This document shows, one piece after another, positions 48,101-56,821 of a stretch of DNA of 64,000 bases. The stretch is taken from positions 1 through 64,000 of the IMG/VR virus record IMGVR_UViG_3300022752_004330; one strand, written 5' to 3'. The notes below the pieces were generated by a model. It saw only the letters and a list, made by a program, of their open reading frames with translations, was not told the DNA's origin and did no database searches. The DNA comes from a virus. Numbering within the stretch: position 1 is the stretch's first letter; every line of letters begins with the position of its first letter. The position numbers were made by a program, and so were the translations under genes.

Positions 48101-50162
48101 TAGACTAACATTAACATATAACACCGGAACTAATATGGTCTTGTATTTTGACAATGTTCCCGCTATATCTACGGTATTATCTAGTTCGCATGTGAGATTA
48201 GTCAATTATGTAGGTTATGATCAGTCATTTCCTATAGTGTCTTACACAACTAACAGTATAACCATTGCTAGACCTGCGAATTTTCCGTCAATAAGTACTC
48301 TAAATGCTTATTTTGGCTCAGCTGGTACTGTTGATCAAATTATATGGAATGATCAAAACACTGTACCTGTATTCACTAGTAATCTAACATTTGTACCAAT
48401 TACAGTACAAGCAGAAAAAATAATATTAGTTTCTCCTGGTGTATTAACTGTACCTAGCAGGTTTAACCTAGTGACTAGACCAGTTGGTGTAGAAAGAATT
48501 AGAGATTATAGCAGAATTGAATCTGAAAATACTCAGACCTATGTAGCTGGTATGAATTACGGTTTACCAAATACAACAAGAGGTAGGTTCGAATACATCA
48601 GCATAGCGCCTGGATACAAATATAACACAAAGTTTGACTTAGCTTCTAGTAGGTTCTTAACCCCAATGAGTATAGAAACGGGTAAAACTTTACTAAGTTT
48701 TATTAATGGTCTAGGATTTACTGGACCAGTTGATGGTAATAATGGTTCAGGTCCGTGGCTAACCGGTCACGCAAACTTACCCTATACTTTCGTTCAAGTA
48801 GGCAGCTTTAGTAATTATTTTTCCAGAGGCACAGTAGCTGTGATGATTGGTGACGGCTCCGCTGATGGAAGCGATCAGGCTGTATTTTATTTTAATCCTG
48901 GAAACGCAGGTGGTGATTTTGACGGCAATGCAGCCTTTTATGCATTTTTCGGAGGAGAAAATTCACAAGGTACTGGATATTTAAATGGAACTGTTGGTAC
49001 TATATGGGGATTTTCACCTCTTAAAGGATATCGTCCTTTATTTGTCCTACCACTTCCCTCGGGCGGATCGTTTAACCATTATTTTGCAGGTTGGTACAGT
49101 GCAGGAAATACTGTGACTTCAGGTAATGGTAAGAGAAGCAATTACGACACATTTAAGTGTGAGAAATACCTATTTACTTGCGGTAATACATGGAATGAAC
49201 CAACTGGATCTACCTTATCCGATATGATTAATAGTGTTGGGGTCAATGCTTCTATCATACAGGCGGATGTACCAGGTGCTTCAGTTACAACGGAGATATA
49301 TGAGTCAAGCGTAGGTCCTGTAAATTGGTTCAATAACCAAATGTCACCAAATAATATTAGAATTGATACATTGAAAACATCTACAGTATTGAAAGATCTG
49401 CAAAATAATATTAAATCTAATAACATAGAATCTTTAGAAACAATTGATACTCCAAGTGGGTTTAATTATGGACAAAGTAGGCAAAATATTTCTACCAGAC
49501 GGAGATTATTTTTTACTGAATTAGCACCTGGGCTAAGAAAAAATATACAGTTTGAAACAAGGTATGGCGGATTGTTGATGAATAGAGGATATTCCTTGGC
49601 CACTCAAGGAGTAACTAATTTTGATTTTCAAGAAAAAACAAGAGTACCTCAATATCAGCAGATAAAAGATATCAAAGTTACTATAAAACCTATCGAAGAT
49701 AGATTATACAGAACAGGTACAGCAAGAATTATTACACCACTTAAACGTGCTACTTTAGAAGACAGAACTTCTGGATTGATACGTAGAATACCAAGTCCTC
49801 AACATGTTCCTCATTTTAAAGAAGCAGGTGTCTATGGTAAACGTAATATAAATTCTGTAGGACAGGTTAGAGGTACTCCTTTTGAGTTAAGACCAACTGT
49901 GATGAATAAAGGTGTTATTAGTGTCAGAGCAATACAAGCCAATAATATAAGAGTTGGTGCTAGTAATATTCCTATAATACGGTGGAGTTATCATAAAGCT
50001 GATTATCCTATCCTTAAGTTTAGCACAGTCAATAAAGGTACAGTTTTTAATATTAATAGCGGTATAGTAGGCATAGGACAAGACAGAAACAGAAGATTAG
50101 GTAACGTTAGACCACCATTCGAAGGTGCAGGACGCAGAGTACCAGTTCAGTTCTGGAGTTAA
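42177..50162 (+). CDS. Giant virion protein (2661 aa) with two LamG/ConA-like domains and a Gly-rich domain
   Basis: WTHIAGSWDG..RVYING and WYHVAGQYDG..RIYVNG motifs; P.GVTEVHVVCIGAG Gly-rich region. Confidence 0.8.
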   Translation: MNYIYPAIGNLYQISGSNKITSNSVQYYTYDRDILTTTLNTSTATTYFYNNRAGSTSGSITQAIFLSLSYTGTFTTSYYVETVNVTTNTNNSITFVPPVGFPDFTFGDIQVIVASGITYPTSGFQLDNKVLNYTVAPKMRAISNVIVPSSVKREFTARARLDSRFISTGQRVDLLQRLKTSEKPLIPGNQLLKTPPVVVEGWATRRIYSATTSTQDRYLIINTTATTSYFTGTTTAIVLTAPLNQPVFPNSLIQILNIPQLNFSASAGVVLLDEGLSPAGTLVYWSPQTTFSMTYGNLGSGSAHGYVPSTSFVLTYPNLPNHTQMRYSFNWHFVDSVDSETSWFEIDGLRYFQFTKSGVVGAPQNISVDRLTPNSSNGGGYAWSGVQTYSYRPFYGGSQGGDGYITIDTGWINHFAGSVIINHFIGVDQVQTDEASYISHAKLQVRGNQVSLPVNFGLGNYLVDSVSTSSNTIFVKGLNVFTTASGISTPSVLGTVTNFLNVYSVYSPVTVFSNSFTQQTQLLVTGKIPNQVERIKAVVEAPVKVATTNLYSKIRGVVTDNYINRTPNLRILNLFKEIRVGYRGTQTETKVLIFNTVTVKYPLLDNANILKVYSPTVTYGDAWGVVAKTGISGVPENPNVTGVFFNTSSTLFTTITADSTLPQFFPGYQVKIQTQSRGTVELTPITSSTDVSTRVGANAYIQFSGQIVANTFQYNGFFGVPTYYEAWVNLNNSNGGFIAMEQQSSWDDSINIAFGIGPALVGGGTRVFMGYNTGYWSGWSTWYIAASTNQVTPGRWTHIAGSWDGGTFRVYINGTLEGSSGTSGQLQNGGFGYVNLLANNGGGEIFDGSIFNFRIINTITTVPPSVLALPGNGFAGPTGQFYGGDIVPGTRMVAFNSPFNNNNLPKTVNTTTMIAFPTNALSVGTVNFINPQNFNFPQNVAFIRPANTVTIVYPEETYEVIGASGNQLYIKGLASFRDLSQWKITINQLNNPQTPLYGVTATMVTRTREIGKVKSLQQLKTVALRTQVAKASFVNLFKESLGNRILPGSQNSIRLLNFSDVNFVKNYSSGTTTSTFWTERNIFLTTSTVVGTSTVLTLSTAVSYLSVPNYVRLDYRSSTLETFLTSRESDYDNPLQGTYGNNVVGAVEFTSAGTYTFFPPPGVTEVHVVCIGAGARGGRFNFTGDEYAGGGGGLGWRNNIPVAAGQGYTVVVGSGNGAGYVEGADGGDSYFISTATVAGLGGKTGRIAGTTGTTIVGTITNLVIGFMSGAGGGYVGDGGGRGGRGFSGGGGAGGYFGSGGDGGQFPLSSTTFDGLDAQLGSGGAGGGGGAGDATASWYFYRAGGGGSGTGYYGINLTGRGGFRGNTPTFGSGLRGQFGIPGSHGQNAEGNSNNPIGGSGGFPGGGGGRSERPGAYGTAETHGGGGNGAVRIMWGKGRSYPYNTVPSVGTSVRFNGTSDYISIPYAFIRPVSRSSPQMVEAWVMPGQTTNGMIIASEEYTGGSNSINVVLGLSNSPPTGSGNRAWFGFYTGATWYTAVGITQLQTNTWYHVAGQYDGNQLRIYVNGNLEGTTVVGLVNLNDFNGNLFFIGKRWDNGVDTTQVYFNGHLYGVRVINEVIMYTGKFTPQWLGYITTIGQNTLLACTDKAPMISVPGPGTYISNDYRGQNLASLAGSTGTVKLNLGNATGRPFYEEKTYNVLSASTNTLTIDLPLNINLDRFNYRVTFTGQNINQPQQNITFTTLLDKPQKFLAIPTVKEAKDKVKADQFMFNPKVTSALEVPRSASQKSLIKVRGLPLDNLNKVARQEKYKSTNYFSLFLQNQGLINKSAISLRSLPTRLTTDKVLQIPRITGELSRIISGQTQIRNLVKMPDDKSIARNFSSFSTTTEFFSQIDIRPINPPTNARERLFFANLARSKYGVDLNVQTRNIASPINLTPPKTGIVVSGAGVVWVNQAYRIRGTNLQTTANLNWYTADDPRLTLTYNTGTNMVLYFDNVPAISTVLSSSHVRLVNYVGYDQSFPIVSYTTNSITIARPANFPSISTLNAYFGSAGTVDQIIWNDQNTVPVFTSNLTFVPITVQAEKIILVSPGVLTVPSRFNLVTRPVGVERIRDYSRIESENTQTYVAGMNYGLPNTTRGRFEYISIAPGYKYNTKFDLASSRFLTPMSIETGKTLLSFINGLGFTGPVDGNNGSGPWLTGHANLPYTFVQVGSFSNYFSRGTVAVMIGDGSADGSDQAVFYFNPGNAGGDFDGNAAFYAFFGGENSQGTGYLNGTVGTIWGFSPLKGYRPLFVLPLPSGGSFNHYFAGWYSAGNTVTSGNGKRSNYDTFKCEKYLFTCGNTWNEPTGSTLSDMINSVGVNASIIQADVPGASVTTEIYESSVGPVNWFNNQMSPNNIRIDTLKTSTVLKDLQNNIKSNNIESLETIDTPSGFNYGQSRQNISTRRRLFFTELAPGLRKNIQFETRYGGLLMNRGYSLATQGVTNFDFQEKTRVPQYQQIKDIKVTIKPIEDRLYRTGTARIITPLKRATLEDRTSGLIRRIPSPQHVPHFKEAGVYGKRNINSVGQVRGTPFELRPTVMNKGVISVRAIQANNIRVGASNIPIIRWSYHKADYPILKFSTVNKGTVFNINSGIVGIGQDRNRRLGNVRPPFEGAGRRVPVQFWS

Positions 50163-50212
50163 ACAGATAAATAAATATAAATATTGAAAGCAAACAAACA
50201 AAGGAGAATTTC

Positions 50213-50467
50213 ATGTCAATGTTTGAAACATTAAACAATGCTTTTCCAAATCATACACATTTTTATGTAGTATCCGGAATGCAAATTAGTGAAGCTATGG
50301 ATCGTTGCGCTAGATTAACTCTAGATGATGGTCAAGTTTTTCATTATAATAATCAAGTGATTTTTGCTGTTAATCATGATGTTGAAACAGTAGATATTCC
50401 ATGGTTAGATCCAGTGGAAGGTTCACCACATACACCATTATTCCAACAAAAACCAACTGATGAATAA
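50213..50467 (+). CDS. Hypothetical protein (84 aa)
   Basis: AAGGAG RBS; TATAAATA upstream. Confidence 0.75.
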   Translation: MSMFETLNNAFPNHTHFYVVSGMQISEAMDRCARLTLDDGQVFHYNNQVIFAVNHDVETVDIPWLDPVEGSPHTPLFQQKPTDE

Positions 50468-50488
50468 TTTTATTATCTGAGATAACCT

Positions 50489-53401
50489 ATGGCCAAGAAA
50501 ATAATAAGAGAAGCCTATACTTTTAATCCTGCGACAAGGACTATTACTATAACAGGTAGGTCCTTGCGAAGAGAGCAACTTGTTCTTATAACCAATGTAA
50601 CTACAAACGTAGTAATTTATAATTTTGCTGATACATCTTTAACTGCCAGCAGCTATACTGTTACCACTACTAACAATGTAGAAACAACTACGATTGTATT
50701 GACCTATAACACAGGGAGTATGAGCTCTACCGACAAATTGGCCATACTTATCGAAGATACTAATGAGTGGTTATATCCTGCAGAAGCATATAAAGATCCT
50801 GTAGAAAAGATGCGTATCAGCGCACCTCAGGCGCTGATTGATACTGACTTTGAATATGGCACCCAGCCTACTAAGTGGGAAACTATTGCCTTGGTAGCTA
50901 ACCGTCCTGCAAGTTTTTATGATTACACACAGCCAATTACTAACGTAAATACACAATATAGTATTAATGGTGGTGCTGTTGGTAACTATCAAATCACCAA
51001 CGTAGTAGGAAATGGTAATTATTCAGTTACAATAAGTATTAATAATACAACTGGTATTACAACTTCAACTCCAATTTTCGTTCAAGATACAACTGATGCT
51101 AATATAAATGGTTGGTGGATTCCAACATCTATATCTGCTAATACTTCTATTACATATAATACAGAACGACAAATAACCAACGGTAGTGTATTTGATAGTG
51201 CTAAAACCATTGTATTTGTTGGAGCATTTTATACCGGTGCTGCTTTCCCACATGCAACCAATGCATTTACCAATGTAGGAAGTATAGTTACTGTAACAAC
51301 AACACATGCGCACAACATGAATGCAGGGCAGGCAATATTTGTGACAGGTACTTCTGCTACGACAAATGCACCAAACGGTACTTGGGTGATTAGAAGAATT
51401 CTAAGTTCAAATAGTTTTGACTTTGATGTTGCGCCTCAGGCTTCGGCTCCAACTGGAGCTATTACAGCAACACTAAATGGAAGTTTATATTCTAAAACAT
51501 GGGGTAATAGTTCTCACAGAGCATTCGACGGTGGGGTAACTTTCACAGCTGGATTGCCATATCATGGAAATCAACTGATAAGGCAGACTCGAAGATACTT
51601 TCGTTATCAGTCAGGCAAAGGAATTCAGTTCTCTACCGGAAGTAATTTATGCGCACCATTTCAAACTGATCAATTATCAGCTTCTGGTACCACTGTTACT
51701 GTGACGACCAAATATCCTCATAATATTAATATAGGATGTGTAGTTCAAGTAGCAGGAGCAGATCAAGCAGCTTACAATGGAAGCTTTACTGTAACCAGCA
51801 TACCTACGGAAACAACATTTACCTATACTGCATTATCAGCTCCAACTCCTACAGTAGCAACATCTATTACAGCAAATGGTTTTACAGTGCAGCCAAAAAA
51901 TTGGTACGGTGCTAGTTGTAGATTAGGAATGTTCGATCAACAAAACGGTTTATTTTTTGAATATGATGGACAAACACTTTATGCAGTAAGAAGATCTAGC
52001 ACTACGCAGATTCCTGGTTTTTTAACAAGTCTTGCAAACGGTAGTCAGGTTTGTACAGGTTCTGCTGCCTGTAAGTGGGCAGAAAATTTAATTCCAGGTG
52101 ATTACGTTGTAATTAGAGGCATGAGCTACATGGTAGTTAGTATTGAAAGTAATACTAGCATGACAATCTACCCAGATTTTAGAGGTCCTTCGATTACAAG
52201 CCCTTCTACTGTGATTATAAGCAAGACGATTGATTTTAAAGTTCCACAGAGTTCTTGGAATATAGACAAGTGTGACGGAACTGGGGAGAGTTTATTCACC
52301 TTAGATATTACAAAGATGCAGATGTTCTTTATTGATTATGCATGGTATGGTGCTGGTACAGTGAGATTTGGATTGAGAAATCAAGCTGGTCAGGTAATGT
52401 ATTGCCATAAAATGGCTCATGGTAATCAACAAACAGAGGCTTACATGCGTTCTGGTAATCTGCCAGCACGTTATGAGGTTAATACTCTATATCCAAAAAC
52501 TATTATGGATCCTACAACTAGTATCACGGCAGTATCTAATTCTATTGTAGTTAGAGATACAACAGGATTTCCTAATACAGGAACTTTTGTTATTCAGGCT
52601 GCGGGTAATACAGGAGCAGCCGTAGAATATGTAAATTATACAAGTAAAACTTCTACATCATTTTCCGGTCTAGTAAGAGGAATACAGTCTTTATCTGGAC
52701 CAGGAGCACAGGCGAATATGGGAGGTGGTGCAGCATCTTCTTTTACACCTACTGCAACTGCCCCGGTTGGTATACAATATTGGGGGCCACAGGCCGCTGT
52801 TACTATTAGCCATTGGGGCAGCTCGGTTATCATGGACGGTGCTTATGATGATGATAGAGCTATTTTGTTTAACTATGGTATTAACACGCCTTACACATTA
52901 ACCACTGCCGGTGTAAGATATCCAATTTTTAGTATAAGGTTAGGACCATCAGTGGACTTCGGTGCCACAGGAACCCTAGGTCAGAGAGAAGTTATCAATC
53001 GTATGCAATTACAGCCACACGGTGTTGGTGTGTTTGCAGCAGGATCAACAATTCGTGTTGAACTATGGTTGAACACTGCGGTAAGTGGTTCATCAACTTT
53101 TGTAGGTGTCGGTGGTTCTAGTTTGACACAAAGAGCTGATCATACAAACACACAAGTTATCAGTGGGGGTGAAAGTATAGCTACCTTCTTTGCTCCGGTA
53201 GGTTCATTCTCTGTGCTAGACTTAACTAAAGCTCGTGATATTGGAAATAGTATTTTAGGTGGTGGTATTACTAATACCTATCCAACTGGAGTGAATAATA
53301 AGTATCCAGATGGTCCTGATATTTTAACAGTGGTTTGCATTCCAACCTCAAACGGTGCAACAGCACTTGTTCGTATGAACTGGATTGAAGCACAGGCTTA
53401 A
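50489..53401 (+). CDS. Large virion structural protein
   Basis: YTFNPATRTI...LITNVT.N..IYNFAD N-terminus, LIDTDFEYG, RQTRRYFRYQSGKG. Confidence 0.75.
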   Translation: MAKKIIREAYTFNPATRTITITGRSLRREQLVLITNVTTNVVIYNFADTSLTASSYTVTTTNNVETTTIVLTYNTGSMSSTDKLAILIEDTNEWLYPAEAYKDPVEKMRISAPQALIDTDFEYGTQPTKWETIALVANRPASFYDYTQPITNVNTQYSINGGAVGNYQITNVVGNGNYSVTISINNTTGITTSTPIFVQDTTDANINGWWIPTSISANTSITYNTERQITNGSVFDSAKTIVFVGAFYTGAAFPHATNAFTNVGSIVTVTTTHAHNMNAGQAIFVTGTSATTNAPNGTWVIRRILSSNSFDFDVAPQASAPTGAITATLNGSLYSKTWGNSSHRAFDGGVTFTAGLPYHGNQLIRQTRRYFRYQSGKGIQFSTGSNLCAPFQTDQLSASGTTVTVTTKYPHNINIGCVVQVAGADQAAYNGSFTVTSIPTETTFTYTALSAPTPTVATSITANGFTVQPKNWYGASCRLGMFDQQNGLFFEYDGQTLYAVRRSSTTQIPGFLTSLANGSQVCTGSAACKWAENLIPGDYVVIRGMSYMVVSIESNTSMTIYPDFRGPSITSPSTVIISKTIDFKVPQSSWNIDKCDGTGESLFTLDITKMQMFFIDYAWYGAGTVRFGLRNQAGQVMYCHKMAHGNQQTEAYMRSGNLPARYEVNTLYPKTIMDPTTSITAVSNSIVVRDTTGFPNTGTFVIQAAGNTGAAVEYVNYTSKTSTSFSGLVRGIQSLSGPGAQANMGGGAASSFTPTATAPVGIQYWGPQAAVTISHWGSSVIMDGAYDDDRAILFNYGINTPYTLTTAGVRYPIFSIRLGPSVDFGATGTLGQREVINRMQLQPHGVGVFAAGSTIRVELWLNTAVSGSSTFVGVGGSSLTQRADHTNTQVISGGESIATFFAPVGSFSVLDLTKARDIGNSILGGGITNTYPTGVNNKYPDGPDILTVVCIPTSNGATALVRMNWIEAQA

Positions 53402-53700
53402 TTATTTTGCTGTAACAATAAAGTTTTTTTAAGATTATTATAATCGTCTACAAAACTTAATTGTTTAGGATCTTTAGGGGTATCCTGCCATTCTGATTCT
53501 GTGATATTTTTAGTTATAAAAATTTCATAGTCATGGCCGGTGCCCTTATATAAATTTACAGTTTCAAATCCCACAGGATTTTCGGCTGCTCTGAGCAGGG
53601 CTCTTCCAAGTTCTTTTAATGCTGTTGTTTCTCCTATAATCACAGCCTGTCCTTTTATATCAGCACTTGGGTATATATGTAATCTTGATTGTACTTTCAT
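53398..53700 (-). CDS. Hypothetical protein (100 aa)
   Basis: ATGA-coupled operon member. Confidence 0.7.
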   Translation of the reverse strand: MKVQSRLHIYPSADIKGQAVIIGETTALKELGRALLRAAENPVGFETVNLYKGTGHDYEIFITKNITESEWQDTPKDPKQLSFVDDYNNLKKTLLLQQNN

Positions 53701-54341
53701 CTTTTTAATAGCTCATTAACAAAATCTAATAATAATTCATGATGTAACTTCTTATGCCAGCGTTTTACCATGTATTTCTTTCTATACCAGTATTGTTCAC
53801 TTTCCGGATGGCAACCTATTAGGCCTATGTTACCTTGTATTATAGCCATAGGATCATTATTGGCGTATCTTGAAATAACTTCAAATGTTCGTTCGTTTCC
53901 TAGATAAGTACATCCGTCGTAAAAAAACATATCGTAATCTTCATCATACCATTTGATCTGAGCAGTGGTGGCATACGAGCGTTTTACATCTGAATTTGGT
54001 CGTTTTATATATTGCACTACATCGATATCTTCTAATAAATCAAAATACCATGGACCCGCCCAATAGGCACCCATACATATGCCAAGATATTTCCCGCCAT
54101 ATTCAATATACTCAGCCATCATATTACCTTGGCGACGTGTAAAAAAATTATAATGTGTATGACTATCTCCAATACCTCCTGGAAACATTACTGCACTATA
54201 GTCTTTCAAAATTACTTTATTAAACTCTTCTTTGGTGAACAAGTCTATTTTATAATAAGAAGATAATGCTTCTATCATTCCATTGCAACAATCTATGCTA
54301 CATTCTGGATGATGATTAAACAATGCTAGTTTTAATTTCAT
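53697..54341 (-). CDS. BPL_N-like class I glutamine-amidotransferase-fold protein
   Basis: FPGG, GGKYLGICMGAY (nucleophile Cys), CHPE (His-Glu). Confidence 0.8.
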   Translation of the reverse strand: MKLKLALFNHHPECSIDCCNGMIEALSSYYKIDLFTKEEFNKVILKDYSAVMFPGGIGDSHTHYNFFTRRQGNMMAEYIEYGGKYLGICMGAYWAGPWYFDLLEDIDVVQYIKRPNSDVKRSYATTAQIKWYDEDYDMFFYDGCTYLGNERTFEVISRYANNDPMAIIQGNIGLIGCHPESEQYWYRKKYMVKRWHKKLHHELLLDFVNELLKR

Positions 54342-56002
54342 GCGACATCTTCTAATTTAAATTTTTTATGTTTATATACTGTAACATACTCTGTGTTATT
54401 TTTATATCCCAATTTTCCTTCCCCCCATATGATTGGATGTTCATGTAAACTTGTAGCATGTGGTAAAACAACATCTAAATAACGACCATTACCTGTTCCC
54501 AATGTGACGAATGTTATGTACTCTTTTGGTTTAGACTTGAACACACGATAATTAGCTACCAACCCACAAAATTCTACCCGTCCAGGACGGCGTATTTCTT
54601 GACATTGAGGTATAAAACTCTTTGAACGCCAACGACCCATTTTCATTAGGTCCTCAATCTCACCACCTTGCCCTACAGCAGGAACAGCACCCGCTAACTT
54701 TGCTTCTTGCCAATATACCCATCGAGCATATGAACCTTGACAATGTTTTAGAGCAGCACGCCAAAACGCTTCAGGATTATGCGCCTTCTGATAAGCCAAT
54801 GCCCAAATTAATCTACCTAGGTTAATGGCATGAGCTCGACATAAGCCAAAATGACTAAGCTCTCTCAAAGCTAAAAAAACATCATTTTTTCGTGGATGAT
54901 CGCCTATTAATTGCATAAATTCAAACATTTTTTCTTCATTTTTCTTGGCAAAGGCACGTCGCCACATGTCCGCTGTATACTTGTCACAATCTAGTATTTC
55001 AGAAATAAGATCTATGGCATCATCTTCAAATACTATAGTATCTTGGAACCCATCTTTGCTCCAGTCTTGAAAGAATGAAGCCTTGCGGCGACCCTGTGTG
55101 GCCACTGGACGAATTAGGGCAGTGGCCAAGGTGCAGTCACTTTTACTCTTAGGACGAATAGCACGAAACAGACGTTTCATAGCAGGACTTTCGCCCTGTG
55201 TGACTCCTAAGATATCACCACGACACAATAGTTCGCTAGTAGCCTCATCGTGCTCCGGGTAGTCCGACAAAGAACGCTGTTCTATTTCCCATAGTTGACT
55301 CAGCCCACGATTAGCAAGTACGTCTATCTTAAAGTGTTCAAGATCTTCAATTTCATACTTGTCTAGTAATATTTGGTTTTCAGAATTGATTAGGCTTTTA
55401 GGCACAGCACGATCGAAGATCAATATACCACCACAGTGTTTAGAAATACAGCGTTTTTTGCCTAATAGTTTATTGGCTAGTCTTTCAGCATCTTTTACAA
55501 ACTCAGGAACTACTTCTTCTAATTTAAAGTTGCGTTTGAGTTTGCCCTTGGCACCATAGCGTTTTGCTGCTTCGCGTAGTGCGGATTTTTCTTTGTAGGT
55601 CACGTAATTACTAACACGAGCACTTTGCCCTTTCCATTTATTGAATATACGATTCATAACAGTTTCTTGTTGCCAGTGCGGAAAGTCAAGATCTATATCA
55701 GGTAAATCGTCGCGTTTTGGATTCATAAAACGTGCCAGCGGTATGTGTTCTTTAACAGGATCTACATCCGATATTCCCATTAGATAACAGATTAGACTTG
55801 ATCCTGCTGATCCTCTAGTTATATGTGGAATATCACGAGTTAGGTCTAGTATTTCCCTAACCCTAAGAAAGTGTTTGGCAAAACCTAGTTGTGCTATGAG
55901 TTCTAATTCTTCTGTTAGTCTTGTGTTATATTCTTCAGTATCGGGTATTTGCCTGGTAAATTTAGTGATGAGATAATCTAATTCCTTGTATCTTGATTCC
56001 AT
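54338..56002 (-). CDS. dnaE: DNA polymerase III alpha-like (DnaE), compact form lacking the PHP domain
   Basis: RGSAGSSLICYLMGISDVDP, RFMNP.R..LPDIDLDF, HCGG, KIDVL, LIRP, RAHA. Confidence 0.85.
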   Translation of the reverse strand: MESRYKELDYLITKFTRQIPDTEEYNTRLTEELELIAQLGFAKHFLRVREILDLTRDIPHITRGSAGSSLICYLMGISDVDPVKEHIPLARFMNPKRDDLPDIDLDFPHWQQETVMNRIFNKWKGQSARVSNYVTYKEKSALREAAKRYGAKGKLKRNFKLEEVVPEFVKDAERLANKLLGKKRCISKHCGGILIFDRAVPKSLINSENQILLDKYEIEDLEHFKIDVLANRGLSQLWEIEQRSLSDYPEHDEATSELLCRGDILGVTQGESPAMKRLFRAIRPKSKSDCTLATALIRPVATQGRRKASFFQDWSKDGFQDTIVFEDDAIDLISEILDCDKYTADMWRRAFAKKNEEKMFEFMQLIGDHPRKNDVFLALRELSHFGLCRAHAINLGRLIWALAYQKAHNPEAFWRAALKHCQGSYARWVYWQEAKLAGAVPAVGQGGEIEDLMKMGRWRSKSFIPQCQEIRRPGRVEFCGLVANYRVFKSKPKEYITFVTLGTGNGRYLDVVLPHATSLHEHPIIWGEGKLGYKNNTEYVTVYKHKKFKLEDVA

Positions 56003-56097
56003 AAGATGCCTTTATAATTGCCATAATATGGATATTTAAGAAATTAAATTTTGTATTGATGAGTTTTTGGTTACAAATATCATCTATAAAATATTTT

Positions 56098-56173
56098 AAC
56101 AGGATCCGTTTTTGGGATATCAGGACTGCGAACAGTCTCAAAGAAGGCCAAATAATTTTGCTGTAAGGATCCT
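56098..56173 (-). ncRNA. Candidate small structured RNA (~75 nt)
   Basis: 5' AGGATCC pairs with 3' GGATCCT; internal hairpin GACTG-TTCG-CAGTC; TAAATA 5 nt upstream; intergenic. Confidence 0.5.
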
Positions 56174-56187
56174 AATTGTATTTAACT

Positions 56188-56556
56188 TTATAAAGTCATC
56201 TTCTGAGCAGCCATGGCTCGTTCTTCATCTGTTAATTCGTAGCATTTAGGCAAACGATTAGGATCTCGTAATAAATCATATTCGGATCTTTTCGTATACG
56301 TCTGTTTAAAATGTCTAAATACCAACCAGGTTACAAATGCCATGCTTACTACTGCTACATGTCCTATTACATTATAGCCAATGAGATAAAGTTCTCCCGC
56401 CCACAAACTAAATGCCACGGCCCAAAAACTTGCCAATAAAATACTGGCAATATATTTGATTTGTGGTGGTGCATCTTTTAGAGCATTTCGATTGGGGTCA
56501 AGAAGTTCGACGAATGCTCGATACACAACGATAATGAATTTAATTAGTCCAAACAT
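56188..56556 (-). CDS. Membrane protein (2 TM; LDPNRNALK motif)
   Basis: ORF track 56188..56628; start reassigned to 56556 after GGAG. Confidence 0.7.
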   Translation of the reverse strand: MFGLIKFIIVVYRAFVELLDPNRNALKDAPPQIKYIASILLASFWAVAFSLWAGELYLIGYNVIGHVAVVSMAFVTWLVFRHFKQTYTKRSEYDLLRDPNRLPKCYELTDEERAMAAQKMTL

Positions 56557-56575
56557 ATTAAGTATCTCCGAAAAA

Positions 56576-56725
56576 TTAGTCTTTAGATTTACCGCAGAGA
56601 TCCGGGTAAAATTGTTCATTACATACATTGGTTACAGCGTAATGTTTGTCTTTAATCCAATAAAGACCTAGGCAGATTAAAATTGGTAGTACAAAGGCTA
56701 CAAATATAGCAATTAAATACTTCAT
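56576..56725 (-). CDS. Small membrane/secreted peptide (49 aa, MKYLIAIFVAF...)
   Basis: Read manually; AGGA RBS and a TTGACC-17-TATAAT promoter at 56776-56748. Confidence 0.6.
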   Translation of the reverse strand: MKYLIAIFVAFVLPILICLGLYWIKDKHYAVTNVCNEQFYPDLCGKSKD

Positions 56726-56821
56726 AGTGTGTCAGTCCTAAATAATAATTATATACTATTTAATTAGATAGGTCAATGGTTACTTAAATTTTTTGAATAG
56801 AAATTTACTAGGTAAAAAGTA

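Noticed and set aside
11108-52833. Minus-strand ORFs inside large virion genes (11108, 11480, 37943, 38366, 39211, 46131, 49142, 52636 etc.)
   Set aside because: Antisense frames left open by Thr/Gly/Ala codon bias and collagen repeats.
56098-56173. tRNA gene
   Set aside because: It has a TTCG hairpin but no cloverleaf, D-arm or anticodon arm. No tRNA or rRNA was recognised anywhere in the window.
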